Below, one piece after another: positions 1 through 13,418 of a DNA stretch of 64,000 bases (position 1 is its first letter; every line of letters begins with the position of its first letter). The notes below the pieces were generated by a model. The model had not been told where the DNA came from, ran no database searches, and saw only the letters and a program-made list of their open reading frames with translations. The translations under genes were made by a program, and so were the position numbers. Origin of the DNA: Squalus acanthias (lineage: Eukaryota); assembly GCA_030390025.1 (NCBI GenBank), contig CM059431.1:109742001-109806000 (forward strand), read 5' to 3'.

Positions 1-61
1 ATTTTGGCTTCAACCAAGGTCCACAGGAACACAAGAATATTGGAATACACTTGGGGGGCCA

Positions 62-508
62 GCTAGTGGCTCAGTTGGTAGAACCCTCACCTCTGAGTCA
101 TGATGGTTGTGGGTTCAAGTCCCACTCCAGAGGCTTGAACACAAAAATCTAGGCTGACACTCCAGTACTGAGGGAGTGCTGCACTGTCAAGGTGCCGTCT
201 TTTGGGTGAGACGTCAAACCAAGGCCCTGTCTGCTCTCTCAGGTGGGCGTAAAAGATCCCACGGCCACTATTTCGAAGAAGAGCAGGGGAGTTCTCCCTG
301 GTGTCCTGGCCAATATTTATCCCTCAATCAACATCACTAAAAAACAGATTATCTGGTCATTATCACATTGTTGTTTGTGGGAGTTTGCTGCCACGTTTCC
401 TACATTACAACAGTGATTACACGTCAAAAAGTACTTCATTGGCTGTAAAGCGCTTTGGGACGTCCAGAGGTCGTGAAAGGCGCTATATAAATGCAAGTCT
501 TTCTTTCT
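62..508 (+). mobile_element. tRNA-derived DeuSINE (SacSINE1/AmnSINE1-like), near full length
   Basis: tRNA-like head with A box (GTGGCTCAGTTGG) and B box (GGTTCAAGTCC); Deu-type core (CCTGGCCAATATTTATCCCTCAA...TGTTTGTGGGAG); tail GGCGCTATATAAATGCAAGTCTTTCTTTC; many copies in window. Confidence 0.85.
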
Positions 509-1424
509 TGCTTGCTGTATCATGAAGTCTAATTATCATGGCGGATGTGATGCACATTGGTCTTACTCCAGCAGTTGCCCTCCAGAAAACGTCACGATGT
601 CACCATTCAGATCTACTTTAGCTGAGAGCCTTCTTAAGTGGACAACTAGTCCACCATCTGCTAACACTCTTGCTGATGTACCATTTCATCCTGTGGAGGG
701 AACCCCAATGAATAACGCTTCACAATACTCTTTATATAATGATGAACAATATCCTTCAATACGTGTCATGCCCAAAGTGTCTGTGAATTATTTTAAGTTA
801 CCGACCTCAAAAGTTTGCTATTTAATCTTTATTATGAAAAAAACCACAAAACAGGGAAACAAGAGGGAAGATACAGAGAAAACAGTAGAGTATGCAAGAA
901 AAATCTATCTAGATTTTGGAACACTGAAGTAACTACGAGTGAAAATACGTTTTATCAGACTCTACTGATTTACTACTTGGTAAAAATAGTACTATGAACT
1001 CAGTATTTCCATACTTTGTTGCATGCACTTTGATTTAGGGCAGTTCAGAAAAAAATACCAAGCAAAAAATAGTAAATCTGCGCAGAGGAATTTCTTGGCA
1101 AGATCCCAATCAGGAGCCTTACAGATGGAATAGTTTTTTTTGGATGAGCAGACTTGAATATAAAAGGAATAGTTATACCACTGTAGAATTTATCAGTAAC
1201 GATTGAAATATAGTAAGAATTTGGTTGCATACGCAATTTACTGTACAAATTTGCATAAGTGCGGATTTGAGTACTTGCACGTGACTACATGTGACCTTAC
1301 AAAGATAATGATTGTGCCAGTGTATAATTTTCAGGAGTACGTTCTTATTAAGATTTGTAATGTATTACTCTGGGAATATAAAGAGCTTTTTGTGCCTTTT
1401 ACACAAAAGACAAGACTGCAGAAT

Positions 1425-1570
1425 GTAACAATAAGTGACAGAATTAACGTTTCAGGTCGATGACCTTTCATCAGAGTTGAGTTCTGACCTCAGCTGCCTG
1501 ACCTGCTGAGTGTTTCCTGCATTTCCTGTTTTTATTTCAGATTTCCAGCATCCGCAGTATTTTGTTTTAG
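1425..1570. mobile_element. Degenerate Penelope-derived inverted mini-element with minus-strand hammerhead-like motif
   Basis: Minus strand ~1443-1474 reads CTGATGA-A-AGGTC-ATC-GACCT-GAAA-CGTT; followed by plus-strand tail GCTGCCTGACCTGCTGAG...ATTTCCAGCATCCGCAG homologous to 29601-29836. Confidence 0.7.
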
Positions 1571-1719
1571 TAACAATAAGTAACTTGACTAGGAAACACT
1601 TACTTAGCTCAGTACCTGTAGGGCAGAGTGAATAACCAGCCAACAGCCCGAGCATAGAATGATAGAATGTTACAGCACACAAACACCCCATTCAGCCAAT
1701 CAGATCCACGAGACACTAA

Positions 1720-2172
1720 AGAAAGAACTTGCTTTTATATAGCTCCTTTTACGACCTCAGGACATCCCAACGTTTTACAGCCTTTCAAAGTTTAGTCATC
1801 GTTGTAATGTGTGAAAGGCGACAGCTAGTTTGTGCACAGCAAGCTCTCACAAACAGCAATGTGACAATGACCAGCTAAACTGTTTTAGTAATATTGGTTG
1901 AGGAATAAATATTGGCCAGGACACCAGGGAGAACTCTCCTGCTCTTCTTCAAATAGTACCACGCGATTGTTTTACATCCACCTGAGAGAGCAGACGGGGC
2001 CTCGGTTTAACATCTCATCCGAAAGACGGCACCTCCGACAGTGCAGCACTCCCCTCAGCACTGCACTGGGAGCGTCAGCCTAGATTTCTGTGCTCAAGTC
2101 TCTGGAGTGGGACTTGAACCCACAACCTTCATGACTCAGAGGCAAGTGTGCTACCCACTGAGCCACGACTGA
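1720..2172 (-). mobile_element. DeuSINE (SacSINE1-like)
   Basis: Reverse complement of the 62-508 family. Confidence 0.85.
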
Positions 2173-2536
2173 TACACAGACACACTCTTCTGATCCCCCA
2201 TTTCTATTTGCTTCCTTTAACCTTTAATATTCCTTTTTTACAAGCAATTGTCTAATTCGCTTTTAAAAGAATTTAGAGAGTCTGCTTTAACAATGGCTTG
2301 TGGCAAAAAATGCTACCTTCTAACTACCCAATGTGCGAAGAAATTTTTCCTGTCCTCCCCTTTAATTCTTTTTATGATTATCTTAAATTCTATAAATTGT
2401 AATTAGATCAGATTTCGGGATTCCATTAGGGGATTCCCTTCGGAAATGATTAAAATCGATTTCTATTTTGTGATTGGAGGACCAGGCCCAAGGGATCCCA
2501 GGTATGCTTCGGCACTGCCTGCGTCCCCGGGATCAA

Positions 2537-2842
2537 CACGGTGGCATAGTGGTTAGCACTGTTGCCGCACAGCGCCAGGAATCCGGGTTTGAATCCGGCC
2601 TCGGGTGACTGTCTGTGTGGAGTTTGCACATTCTCCCTGTGTTTGCGTGGGTTTCCTCCGGGTGCTCCGGTTTCCTCCCACAGTCCAAAGATGTGCGGGT
2701 TAGGTTGATTTGGCTATGATAAATTGACCCTTAGTGTTAGGGGGATTAAATACGTGGGGTTACGGGGATAGGGTGGGATATGTGTCGGTGCAGGCTCGAT
2801 GGGCCAAAATGGCCTCTATCTGCATTGTGGGGATTCTGTGAT
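2537..2842 (+). mobile_element. V-SINE (HE1-like)
   Basis: tRNA head GGTGGCATAGTGGTTAGCAC...; V-domain TGTGTGGAGTTTGCACATTCTCCC...GGGTTTCCTCCGGGTGCTCCGGTTTCCTCCCACAGTCCAAAGATGTGC; CR1/HER1-like tail GGGCCAAAATGGCCTC...ATTCTGTGA. Confidence 0.88.
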
Positions 2843-3885
2843 CTGTAGGCCGTTACGCTGCCCTCCGGCTCACATCATCAGACCGCAAGTTTTCGCAGCC
2901 TCACCGCCATCAGGTAGGTGCGTATTCCTTTCAGTGGTCGGAGCCGTACTCCGGAGGTACGCCTTCGACCGCAATTTTTGGCCCCATGCTTTTGTAGAAG
3001 TTTAACATGACCTCTTTGCTTTCATATTCTATGCCTCTAGATACAAAAGCAAGGATTCTGCCTGCCTTTCTATGGCCTTATCTACTTGTGCTGCCACCTA
3101 TATTGACCTGTCTATTTCACACCAAGGTCCCTCTAATTCTCTACTCCATTTAAAATCTTACCATTTAAGATGCTTTTCCTTTCCCTAAAGGACAAGGTAC
3201 AGAAATGATTCTGCTCTTCCACGCATTCCTTCCTTTAGCTATTGAAAATGCCACAAAGTAGCTTCTTTACTTTGTTCCAAGTACAGAGGATTTTTTTTTC
3301 CCCCAGCAAATCATGAATTAGAATGTTTATGCAACACAATGCAAGATTGTCTTATAACTCCACCTAAATAGGATGTTCTCGTCCCAGAGCATAATCTGAC
3401 ATTTGTTTTATAAACTACACATATTTTCCTGCATATCTTTAATGCTTTTCTAGGCTTTCTTCCAAATGGCTGCAATATTGAAAACATATCAGGAAAGTAT
3501 GGTGTTATAAATTTCGGGTCTGCCTTAGATATTCTCTCAGGTCTCTGCTGTGAGACGGCCTCACATCCTTCATGATCAGGAGTTGGCTTTCACTACCCAA
3601 TCTCTAGACATACAATAGTGTGGTCAGAGGTCATAAAAATGAGATCCCCTTGCTATATGGACTAGGAATCGTAATCCTCTGCACATGTCCTCACCTGAGC
3701 TTCTCCAATCTTCTGAAAGGTGGACTGATTAGCATCTTAGTGAGAAAATGACAAATACCAATCATTAAGCTGCTTTATTTTACAGTCAGTAATTGCATGT
3801 ACAAACAAACAGTTGTAGCAAATCTCTCCTTACTTTAACTTAATGCCAGTCTCTTCTTGTATTAATGAAAATAATAAACCACATC

Positions 3886-3990
3886 ACGTTAACTCTGTTT
3901 CTCTCTCCACGGATGCTGCCTGGCCTGCTGAGTTTTTCCAGCGTTTTCTGTTGTTATTTTGGATTTCCAGCATCTGCAGTATTTTGCTAT
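3886..3990 (+). mobile_element. Penelope-derived tail fragment
   Basis: ACGTTAACTCTGTTTCTCTCTCCACGGATGCTGCCTGGCCTGCTGAG matches 62070-62116 and the right arm of the 29601-29836 element; hammerhead core absent. Confidence 0.75.
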
Positions 3991-4594
3991 TGTTTCATGT
4001 TGTTCCTTGTTAGTTTGCTAAGTGACACTTTTCATTTGGTCAACCCCAATGAGTGACCAAGGCTTGCTCTGGACCTGGTTGTCTCTTTTCTTAAAGCAGA
4101 CTGGCCTAAGCTCTTATCTGCCTCTTCAAAAAGAAGATTGGGAGAACCCCTGTGGAAATTCTCTCCCCATAACCTTTCAGAGCGCACAGCATAAGCAGAG
4201 GGTAGCCCACACAACAATGCCATGTAGAAGGAGCCTCATGACACACATACGAACTACATCAAGTTAGGTTCATTCGCAGTGTAAATATGATGTCACACCA
4301 TGGGCATCTTCTGTACATACATGTGTGGTTTGAGAATTGATGGTTTATCACAAAACTTCCCTTGAAAATGTATAAACATTTTTTTTGATTGACATTTTAG
4401 TATAGCTACTTTATTCCACTAACACTGAAGCAATGCAGCATTCAACACAGCCCATGAAGCAGTCGTCTTCACATTGTTGCTATTGCGTATTGCAAAGATT
4501 CTTTATGGTATCGCAAGATGTTCCACTAATGATGTTAAACCAATCACAGGGCCACTCTATATAATACATTGACTTGGGCTTTGATATAAGCTCT

Positions 4595-4918
4595 CTCGGA
4601 TGAGATGTTAAACCGAGGCCCCGTCTGCCCTCTCAGGTGGACGTAAAAAGATCCCATGGCACTATTTTGAAGAAGAGCAGGGGAGTTCTTCCCGGTGTCC
4701 TAGGCAATATTCATCCATCAATCAATATCACTAAGTCAGATTATCTGGTCATTGTCTCATTGCTGTTTGTGGGAGCTTGCTGTGTGCAAATTGGCTGCCA
4801 CGTTTCCTACATTACAACAGTGACTACACTTCAAAAAAGTACTTCATCGATTGCAAAGCACTTTGGGACGTCCTGAGGTCGTGGAAGGCATTGTATAAAT
4901 GCAAGTCTTTCTTTCTTT
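4595..4918 (+). mobile_element. DeuSINE, 5'-truncated
   Basis: Deu core and tail as at 62-508. Confidence 0.85.
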
Positions 4919-6159
4919 TCTCTCGAGATACCAGCACATTGTAGAAAAAACAAACGCCAAAAGCAAGTGCAAATACTTTCTTTATGCAACTTTTCATTTG
5001 CGAATTTATACCTCTTCGAAGAAATAATCGAAACAGCATTAAGAGACATAAAGTAACATAAATTGGTGGATCAGAGAGCGGTAAGCAGGGAATTAGAACG
5101 GAATACAAGAGTATTGTTCTATTACAACTCTGCCCTCCTTTGAGATGATTGGGAAATTAGCATCGTAAGCTTTACAGTGCTGGCAGCACGATGACATCAG
5201 CGGCAGCCTGCTGCAGTCACATGCCACGTACGGAGAATCACTGCAGGACTGTCAGAATTGCCTTATTAATGGACATGCCTCACACTGCTAGTGCCTGGCA
5301 GCTCATATGAAAGGTCTTCTTTGCCAGGGCCCTGAAATCCCAGTGACAGCCCAGTTTTGTGCATCACTGTCATAAATCAATACCCGGAGACATCTGAAAG
5401 TCAATAATCCACACGTGTTGGACAGCAGATGATTAATTTGTACATTTTGAAAGTATAATGAGATGCACTGATAGAAAAGCTTGCCTACATTTTTCTTTTT
5501 TCTTCTTCCAGCTTGTTTGGACATTTATTAATTAATAACCGCTGTAACAGTAACAATAACTAGTACCATTATAGTACATTGTTTCCTAGTATTGCATTTT
5601 TGTCACCTTGGAACACTGTCAGCTGTTGGAAACCAACACTTTGCGTCTGCACTACCAGACCCAAAGAAATGCTGCTTAATTCAAATAACACAGGATTCTG
5701 TGGCACTTCCATTTATGAATATATTACACACTTTGGATACCTGCACCAGGTACCTCAGGCAATGGATTTCTGGCACACAGATTGCCTATAAATCTGCCAT
5801 TCAAACTGTATATTTAATTAAATCTGCACTGTGATTACATGCTGTACAATCTTGTATTGTAATGATTCCTGAATTTTTAAATACTGACAGAATATTCCAA
5901 AGTTTTCTTTTGAATTCTTTTAACCTCTCCTGTCATCGCTGCCTCACAGAAGCTGACAGAAAGCGATAATAGGAGATAATCAGATAGCAATTTCAAAATG
6001 CAAGACATTCTTTTGTCAACTTGTAGTTGCTTGCGAGTGGAGATTTTTTTTTTAAAGTTCGAATATTCTGATTTGTAGGTATTTTAGACAGTTATCTTAT
6101 CATAAGATGTAGTATTTTATAGTAATCCTGTCAAGAAGTTAAAACAACCAATTATCACA

Positions 6160-6600
6160 TAGGAAGATTTATATAGTACCTTTCACATTCTCAGGACCTC
6201 TCAAAGTGCATTGCAGACAATGAATTGCTTTCGAAGTGTTTTGCAGGCAAATGTGATAGCCAAATTACACACAGCAAGGTCCTGCTAAGAAATTAGATAA
6301 ATGACCAGATAATTCTTTTTGAGGGTGTTGGTTGAGGAATGAATGCTAGGCGAGACATCAAGAGGATTCCCGCTCTCTTCTTCAGTTCCTACCATGGGAT
6401 CTTTTATATCCACCTGAGTAGGTACATGGGGCCTCGGTTTAACATATCACCTGAAAGATAGCACTCCTGATGCTGCTGGGCTCCCTTAGTGCTGCACTGA
6501 AGTGTCAGTGTAGATTATGTGCTCAAAGTCTCTGGAGTGGGCCTTGAGCCCACAACCTCCTGACTCAAAGACAAGAGTACTTCCACTGAGCTAAGGATTA
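6160..6600 (-). mobile_element. Diverged DeuSINE
   Basis: Degenerate reverse-complement match to the 62-508 family. Confidence 0.7.
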
Positions 6601-7019
6601 CATTTACAGGCTTGCATTTCTAGAATGAGTAAATGAGGCACTTCTCCCTTTCACGGTCACTGGACAGGAATTACAGAGCCAGAGCTGAATCAGAAAATAG
6701 CACCACGAAACAAGAAGGTGGATCTCACTGACCGGGGTAGCGGTTTTGGCCCTTGATGGTGGAGGAGGCTATGACCAGGAGACCTGCAGTATTTGGGATT
6801 GGCCTCTATTGTTTCCAACCCATCCAATAGGAGAGAGGCCTGGAAGTAGATTCCACAGCATGGGAACATAATCTCCAGGAACAGAAGTACATGGAAGGAT
6901 GTCTGTAAACAGTTGATTGCGAATGATGAATTAGAAAAGCATAGAATTAAATATTACACTCAACCACCAAGTGAATAAGATGTACACCAATTGTAGGACA
7001 TTTTAGATGCAGAGAAGAT

Positions 7020-7397
7020 CTACTTGGAGCTCCGACACGGCAAGAGAGCCCCAGGTGGGCAGAGAAAATGCTTCAAGGACACCCTCAAAGCCTTCTCGAA
7101 AAAGTGCAACATCTCCACCGACACCTGGGAATCCCTGGCCCAAGACCGCACAAAGTGGAGGAGAAGCATCCGGGAAGGCGCCGAACGCCTCGAGTCTCTT
7201 CGCCGGGAGCAAGCGGAAGCCAAGCGCAAGCAGCACAAGGAGTGCACGTCAACCCAAGCACCCACCCACCGTCTGCCCCATCTGTGACAGAGACTGTAGG
7301 TCCTGCATTGGACTCATCAGTCACCTGAGAACTCATTTTTAATGTGGAAGCAAGTCATCCTTGGTTCCGAGGGATTGCCTAAGAGAGAGAGAGAGAG
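7020..7397 (+). mobile_element. RTE-clade LINE 3' end, 5'-truncated
   Basis: ELRHGKRAPGGQRKCFKDTLK...WESLAQDRTKWRRSIREG and C-terminal CPICDRDCRSCIGLISHLRTH typical of RTE ORF ends; (AG)n tail; candidate TSD AGAGAAGAT at 7011-7019 and 7398-7406. Confidence 0.85.
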
Positions 7398-7591
7398 AGA
7401 GAAGATACACAGGGTGTAGTGGTGCCTCCATTTCTGACTTTGGTAAGGATCTTACCTTTTCTATCATGTGTAAGGAGGTGAGATTTCAGTGTCAGCTGAT
7501 CCAAGAACTTCCAATTCAACTGTAGAATGCTGCTAGATATGATTTTTTTTTAAATCGACCAAGTTCTAGATTTTCCAATCAGTGTTATTAT

Positions 7592-7820
7592 AACATACGA
7601 ACAATGACGGACAGGTAAAGACCCTCTGGTCCATCCAGCCTGTCCCACACAATTGTAATACCTTGTGTATCACAACATATACACTCCCCCACCCCACCCC
7701 AAACCATGTGATCTCCGGGGGGAGGCAAAAAAAGATAAAAATCACAGGCCAATTTGCAGAAAAAAAAATATCTGGGCAATTCCTCTCCGACCCATCGAGG
7801 CGATCGAAACTAGTCCAGGA
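7592..7820 (-). mobile_element. 3' UTR fragment of a long-UTR CR1 subfamily
   Basis: Homologous to 43205-43435, which is contiguous with a CR1 ORF2 end. Confidence 0.7.
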
Positions 7821-8489
7821 TGGACAATAACTGCTGGCCTTGCTCCAGAAAGTGGGAATTGTGCAAATACAAATATATGGGGGTGAGTTTAAACTAATTC
7901 TCCAGGGGATTGGGCACCTTAAGGCTGGCGTTAACCTATTTAAAATAAATGAGTTAACAGTGGCATAAAGCAAACTAGCCTTATCTCTAGCCCGTTTCAT
8001 GTGGAGCCTTTGTAAAGCAGCCAGAGGGAAGGGTAATTATTCTGGTGATGCACCTCTAGCTCTGTGCTCATAACTTGGCTTTAAAACAAGCTGCCAATAA
8101 TACTGAACACATTATTTAACATTAATGCACCACTAAAAATGTACACCTTTTAACAAGAATAGTCTACAAATATAGAGCTAAGTTATCCCTGCCTCACCTG
8201 ACTTCAGAATTTGGCATCTATTACTGGAACAAGACAGCAGAAATGCTGATGCCATCTATTATGTTACACAGTAACTGTCAATGCATAAACATCCACATTA
8301 CTTCGATGTTGTTATGAAGACACCATGATACATCTCTCCACAGATGAGCTGGGACCATCTCAAGCCCAAGGGAGCGCAGCAAATGCATTTTGGGGCGGGG
8401 AAGGTTCTAAGGTAAGGAGACAGTGAAGCAATTGGGTTCGGGAGGCATGAAGTATACGGGCAAGGGTGCAAAACGGGCGGCTGATCTGA

Positions 8490-9022
8490 TCCCGTCTTTT
8501 TATTCTAGGAAAGATGTGATTGCACTAGAGAGGGTACAGAGTAGATTTACGAGGATGTTGCCAAGACTGAAGAATTTTAGCTATGAGGAACGATTGGATA
8601 GGCTGGGGTTGTTTTCTTTGGAACAGAGGAGGCTGAAGGGAGATTTAATTGAGGTGTATAAAATTACAAGGGACCTAGATAGAGTGGATAGGAAGGACCT
8701 ATTTCCCTTAGCAGAGAGGTCAATAACCAAGGGGCATAGAGTTAAAGTAATTGGTCGGAGGTTTAGAGGGGAGTTGAGGAGAAATCTTTTCACCCAGAGG
8801 GTGGTGGAGTTCTGGAACTCACTGCCTGAAAGGGTGGTAGAGGCAGAAATCCTCATCACATTTAAAAATTACTTGGATATGCACTTGAAGTGCTGCAACC
8901 TACAGGGCTACAGACCAAGAGCTGGAAAGTGGGATTGGGCTGGATTGCTCTTTATTGGCTGCACAGACACGATGGGCTGAATGGCCTCCTACTGTGGCAT
9001 AAATTTCTATGATTCTATAATT
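8490..9022 (+). mobile_element. CR1/HER1 LINE 3' fragment
   Basis: ALERVQSRFTRMLP...LEQRRLKGDLIEVYK...FTQRVVEFWNSLP; tail GGGCTGAATGGCCTCC...(ATTCTATG)-like repeats. Confidence 0.9.
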
Positions 9023-9328
9023 CTTTCCCGCTGGGAGGGGTAGGTTAAAATTACCCCCTTGGGAGTTATTTACTTCATTTTCTCATTCTTTGTCAGAATG
9101 CTGTTTGGAGCGTGCCTCTTAAATAATACAGTGCATCTCCCATGATGTTGCTCAGGGCTACACCAGCAGACCATAAAGTAGCCACAACCACAGCAAGAGC
9201 ACAGGCTATAATCCTCGGCCAACGGCAAAGATTAGGCCTCATGCTCCAAAGCGTAACAGCCTAATTTCCAACAGGGGCTGGCCAATCTCATGGGCAAGTC
9301 AAAGTAACTTTCACTAATTATTTATGCT

Positions 9329-9550
9329 TGTGGCGGATCGCCACCTAAACGGGCATAATCCACTCTTCCGTCCGTGGACAAATATCCAGCACCTTCCCTT
9401 TAAGGCAGGAGTGGGCGGGGCCTCAGGTTTTTCCCAGAGAATTCTGGGAGCTTTCTGTTCAGCCATTTTACCATGCAGTTGCATTAAAAAAGCCTTTTGT
9501 TTTCCACACATGGATTCAGCCTCCATTCGTGTTTCGCGGCAGCCTCAACA
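9329..9550 (+). repeat. 5' LTR (222 bp)
   Basis: TGTGGCGGATCGCCAC...GCCTCAACA; direct repeat of 13419-13656. Confidence 0.95.
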
Positions 9551-9551
9551 T

Positions 9552-9565
9552 TGGTGACCCCGACG
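9552..9565 (+). promoter_or_regulatory. Primer-binding site for tRNA-Trp
   Basis: TGGTGACCCCGACG 1 nt after the LTR; matches the first 14 nt of the known tRNA-Trp PBS (TGGTGACCCCGACGTGAT). Confidence 0.9.
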
Positions 9566-9590
9566 CTCAGAACGTATTCCGAGCACTGCA

Positions 9591-12500
9591 ATGGCGGACA
9601 CGAACGCAGTTTCCGTGAAACTGCCGGAGTTTTGGGAAAACTAGCCCGAAGCCTGGTTTCTCCAAGCTGAATCTCGCTTCGGCTGCGAAAGATCACCACA
9701 GATCGGAAACAGTATGACTACCTCGTCACATCACTCGGTAGCACCACAGTTTCCAAGGTTTGGACAGCGCTGCAGAACCCACCAGAGGAAGGCAAGTACG
9801 CACATCTCAAGACAGCGCTCCTTAAAAAATTACGGCCTCGGCATACCAGCGAAACTGCCACCTCCTCGACCTTCCAGGCCTCGGTGATGCCTCACCGTCA
9901 GACCTCCTCTCCCACATGCTCTCCCTCACCGACGAGAGCCCACCCGGATCCCTCTTCCGCACGCTGTTCATCCGCCAGCTCCCTCTCAGCATCCGCCTAG
10001 CGATCGTGGCGTCCGGCCTCACGAACCTGGAAGCCCTGGCCGATGAGGCCGACAAGCTGCTGTCCGCTCACTCCAGCCGCAACGTCACTCCGGACCTGGC
10101 AGCCAATGCCTGGGCGCGCCCCTCACCGGCCACCACGCAGCCACAAGGGCCTGCCACCAGGCCCACGGGGCCTTCACGCCCCAGTAACCCGGGCCACTGT
10201 TACTACCACGCACGGTTCGGCGCCAGGGCACAACGGTGCACACCTCCCTGCTCTTTCAAGTCCGCCCCCGTACCAGCTCCCGCGATGGCCGTGGGCCACG
10301 CGGGCTCCCTGCTGTTCGTCACGGATGACAAAACCGGCCGCCGGTTCCTGTGCGACACTGGGGCTCAGCACAGCATCATCCCGGCCTCCTCCCTCGACAT
10401 CCAAAAGGGCGAACGAGGACCGGCGCTGGCTGCTGCTAACAGCTCAGAGATCCGGACGTATGGCACCCGGACAGTCACCCTCGACCTCGCTGGTCGCCGC
10501 TACCGATGGGAGTTCATCACTGCCAAGGTGCTCTCCCCTCTCATCGGTGCAGATTTCCTGTGCGCCCACGGCCTACTGGTAGACATCCCCCGTCACCGCC
10601 TCATGGACATGAACACCATGTCCCCCATCCTGGGCGCCATGGCCCCCCGTCAACCCGCCGACATGGCGTCACAGTGCCACGCCCGGGCCACGGATGACTA
10701 CTCGGCACTCCTGGCCGAATTCCCGGCCCTTACCAATCCGACCTTCTCCGCGGAGGCCGCCAAACACGGGGTGGAACACTTCATCCCCACCACAGGCCCC
10801 CCAGTGTACGCCCATGCCCGCAGGCTGGACCCGACCAAACTGGAGATCGCGCGGACCGAGTTTGCCACCATGGAACAGCTCGGCATCATCCGCCGCTCCA
10901 ACAGTCCCTGGGCCTCCCCACTCCACATCGCCCCCAAACCAGGCGGAGGTTGGCGCCCCTGCGGGGATTACCGCCGCCTCAACGATGCCACCACCCCTGA
11001 TCGGTACCCCGTGCCGCACATTCAGGACTTCTCGGCTAGACTGGCCGGCCGTTCAGTCTTTTCCAAGGTCGACCTGGTGCGCGGCTACCACCAAGACCCG
11101 TCCACCCCGCGGACGTCCCCAAGACGGCCGTAATCACCCCCTTCGGCCTGTTCGAGTTCCTGCGGATGCCCTTCGGCCTCAAAAACGCGGCCCAGGCATT
11201 CCAACGGCTCATGGACTCGGTCCTTCGGGACCTGAAGTTCCTGTTCGTCTACCTGGACGGCATCCTGGTAGCCAGTTCCTCCAAGCAGGAACACCTCGAA
11301 CACCTTCGCATCCTGTTCGGGCGCCTCAGCGACCACGGGCTCATCCTCAGCCCAGCCAAATGCCAGTTCGGCCTGGACAAGATCGACTTCCTCGGCCACC
11401 ACATCACCCATGCTGGGGCCATTCCCCTGCCCACCAAGGTGCAGGCCGTCCAACAATTCCCCGCCCCACCACCATCAAAGGCCTCCAGGAGTTACTCGGG
11501 ATGGTGAATTTCTATAACCGCTGCATCCCCAAAGCGGCGTCCCTCATGAGGCCCCTGTATGAAGCCCTCCAGGGCAGGAGCGGCAAGATGGCGGTCGAAT
11601 GGACGGCAGACGCGTCCGCCGCCTTCGACTCCACCAAGACAGCGCTCGCCAATGCCACCCTGCTCGCGCACCCACGGCCCAATGCCAGGGTAGCGCTCAC
11701 CACGGACGCCTCCGACCACGCGGTCGGCGCCGTGTATGAGCAGTGGGTCGACGGCGCCTGGCAACCACTTGCCTTCTTCAGCCGCCAACTACGCTCCCGG
11801 AGGTCAAGTACAGCACCTTCGACCGCAAGCTCCTCGCGCTGTTCCTGGCGGTCCGCCATTTCCGGTTTTTGCTTGAGGGCCACCCCTTCACTGCGTTTGT
11901 CGACCACAAGCCCCTGACATTTGCAATGGCAAAGACAACCGACCCCTGGTCCGCCAGGCAGCAGCGCCAGCTCGCGGCAGTGTCCGAGTTCACCACGGAC
12001 ATCCAACACGTCTCCGGCCGAGACAATGTGGTAGCCGACTGCCTCTCCCGCCCCGCCATCCACGCCGCACACCTGGCAGTCGACTACGCTCAACTTGCAG
12101 CAGACCAGATCACCGACCCTGATCTGTTCTCCGCACCCACCAACCTACCAGGGCTACGCCTGGCCGACGTCGCCTGTGGCCCGACCGCAGTCACGGTCAA
12201 GTGCGACATATCCCTATGTCAACCTCGGCCCGTCGTCCCAGCGTCCTGGCGCCGCCGGGTATTCGACATTCTCCACAACCTCTCCCACCCCGGCGCCCGT
12301 GCATCCATCAAATTGTTAGCCAACCGCTTCGTCTGGCGCGGCCTTCGCAAGGATGTGCGCACTTGGGCCAACTCCTGCCTAGCCTGCCAACGGGCCAAGG
12401 TACAGCAACACACGAAAGCACCCCTCGAGGAGTTTACCGTACCCTCGCGGAGATTCGACCACATCCACGTGGACATCGTCGGGCCCCTGCCGCCGTCGCA

Positions 12501-13398
12501 AGGCCACACGCACTTGCTGACCATCGTTGACCACACCACATGCTGGCCCGAGGCAATTCCACTGACCTCTACCACCACCGCCGACATCGCCAGAGCCTTC
12601 GTCAGCACCTGGGTCGCACGGTTCGGCATCCCCTCCGACATGACATCGGACAGAGGTCCGCAATTTACCTCTGAACTCTGGACCGCCGTCGCACGCAATC
12701 TCGGGGTGACCATTCACCGCACCACAGCGTACCACCCCCAAGCCAACGGACTGTGTGAGCGGTTCCACAGATCCTTGAAGGCATCTCTTCGAGCCAGCCT
12801 CCAGGACGGCGCCTGGACCGACCGACTTCCGTGGGTCCTCCTCGGTCTGCGCACCGCGGTTAAAGAAGACCTCCACGCATCGGCAGCAGAGCTCGTGCAC
12901 GGTCAGCCGCTGCGCGTACCCGGCGAGTTCCTGCCCACCGCCACGACACCCTGGTCAGCCGACCAGCAACGCCACGACTTCGCCTCACCGGCGCTGCAGT
13001 TCGCCCCGGTGCCCATTGCCCGACACGGCGAATCCACCTCACATGTCCCACTAAGCCTGCACCAGGCACGGTTTGTTTTCATCTGGCACGACGCCCACCG
13101 CGGACCCCTTCAGCCCCTGTACGACGGGCCCTACAAGGTGCTACAGGCTGGGGACAAATTTTTCACCCTGCAAGTGGGCGACAGGACCGAAAAAGTGTCG
13201 GTTGACCGACTCAAGCCAGCACACTCGGAGCCCGGTGAGCAGGTCCCTGTAGCTCGTCCACCTCCACGCGGCCGACCTGCCCTCAAGTCGGTTCACCCGG
13301 CTGCTCCACGCCCGGCCGTTCCACGTCCACCGGCATCCTCCAAGAGCCGCTCCGGCCGGCCCATCAGACCGCCGCACCGTCTCGTCCACACCTCCTAA
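9591..13398 (+). pseudogene. Disrupted gag-pol polyprotein (Gag with CHCC knuckle, aspartic protease, RT, RNase H, integrase)
   Basis: MADTNAVSVKLPEFW start with TAG at 9642-9644; CX2HX9CX3C at 10198-10251; protease LCDTGA; RT WASPLH/CGDYRRLN/MPFGLKNA with YLDD changed to YLDG (11250-11261); RNase H TDAS; integrase H..SH..C..C, HVD/SDRG/CER triad and GPY motif; frameshifts near 9685, 9830-9840, 11095, 11460, 11795. Confidence 0.93.
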
Positions 13399-13407
13399 GC
13401 GGATTCT

Positions 13408-13415
13408 GGGGGGAG
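13408..13415 (+). promoter_or_regulatory. Polypurine tract
   Basis: GGGGGGAG just upstream of the 3' LTR. Confidence 0.8.
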
Positions 13416-13418
13416 CTG

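Noticed and set aside
62..130. tRNA gene-like sequences (also at 2537, 24490, 46060, 56003)
   Set aside because: They are SINE heads continuing into SINE bodies, not stand-alone tRNA genes
567..690. Minus-strand exon-like segment (CAG acceptor, GTAAGA donor)
   Set aside because: Stops in all three frames and no recognisable protein; a non-coding exon cannot be supported without RNA data
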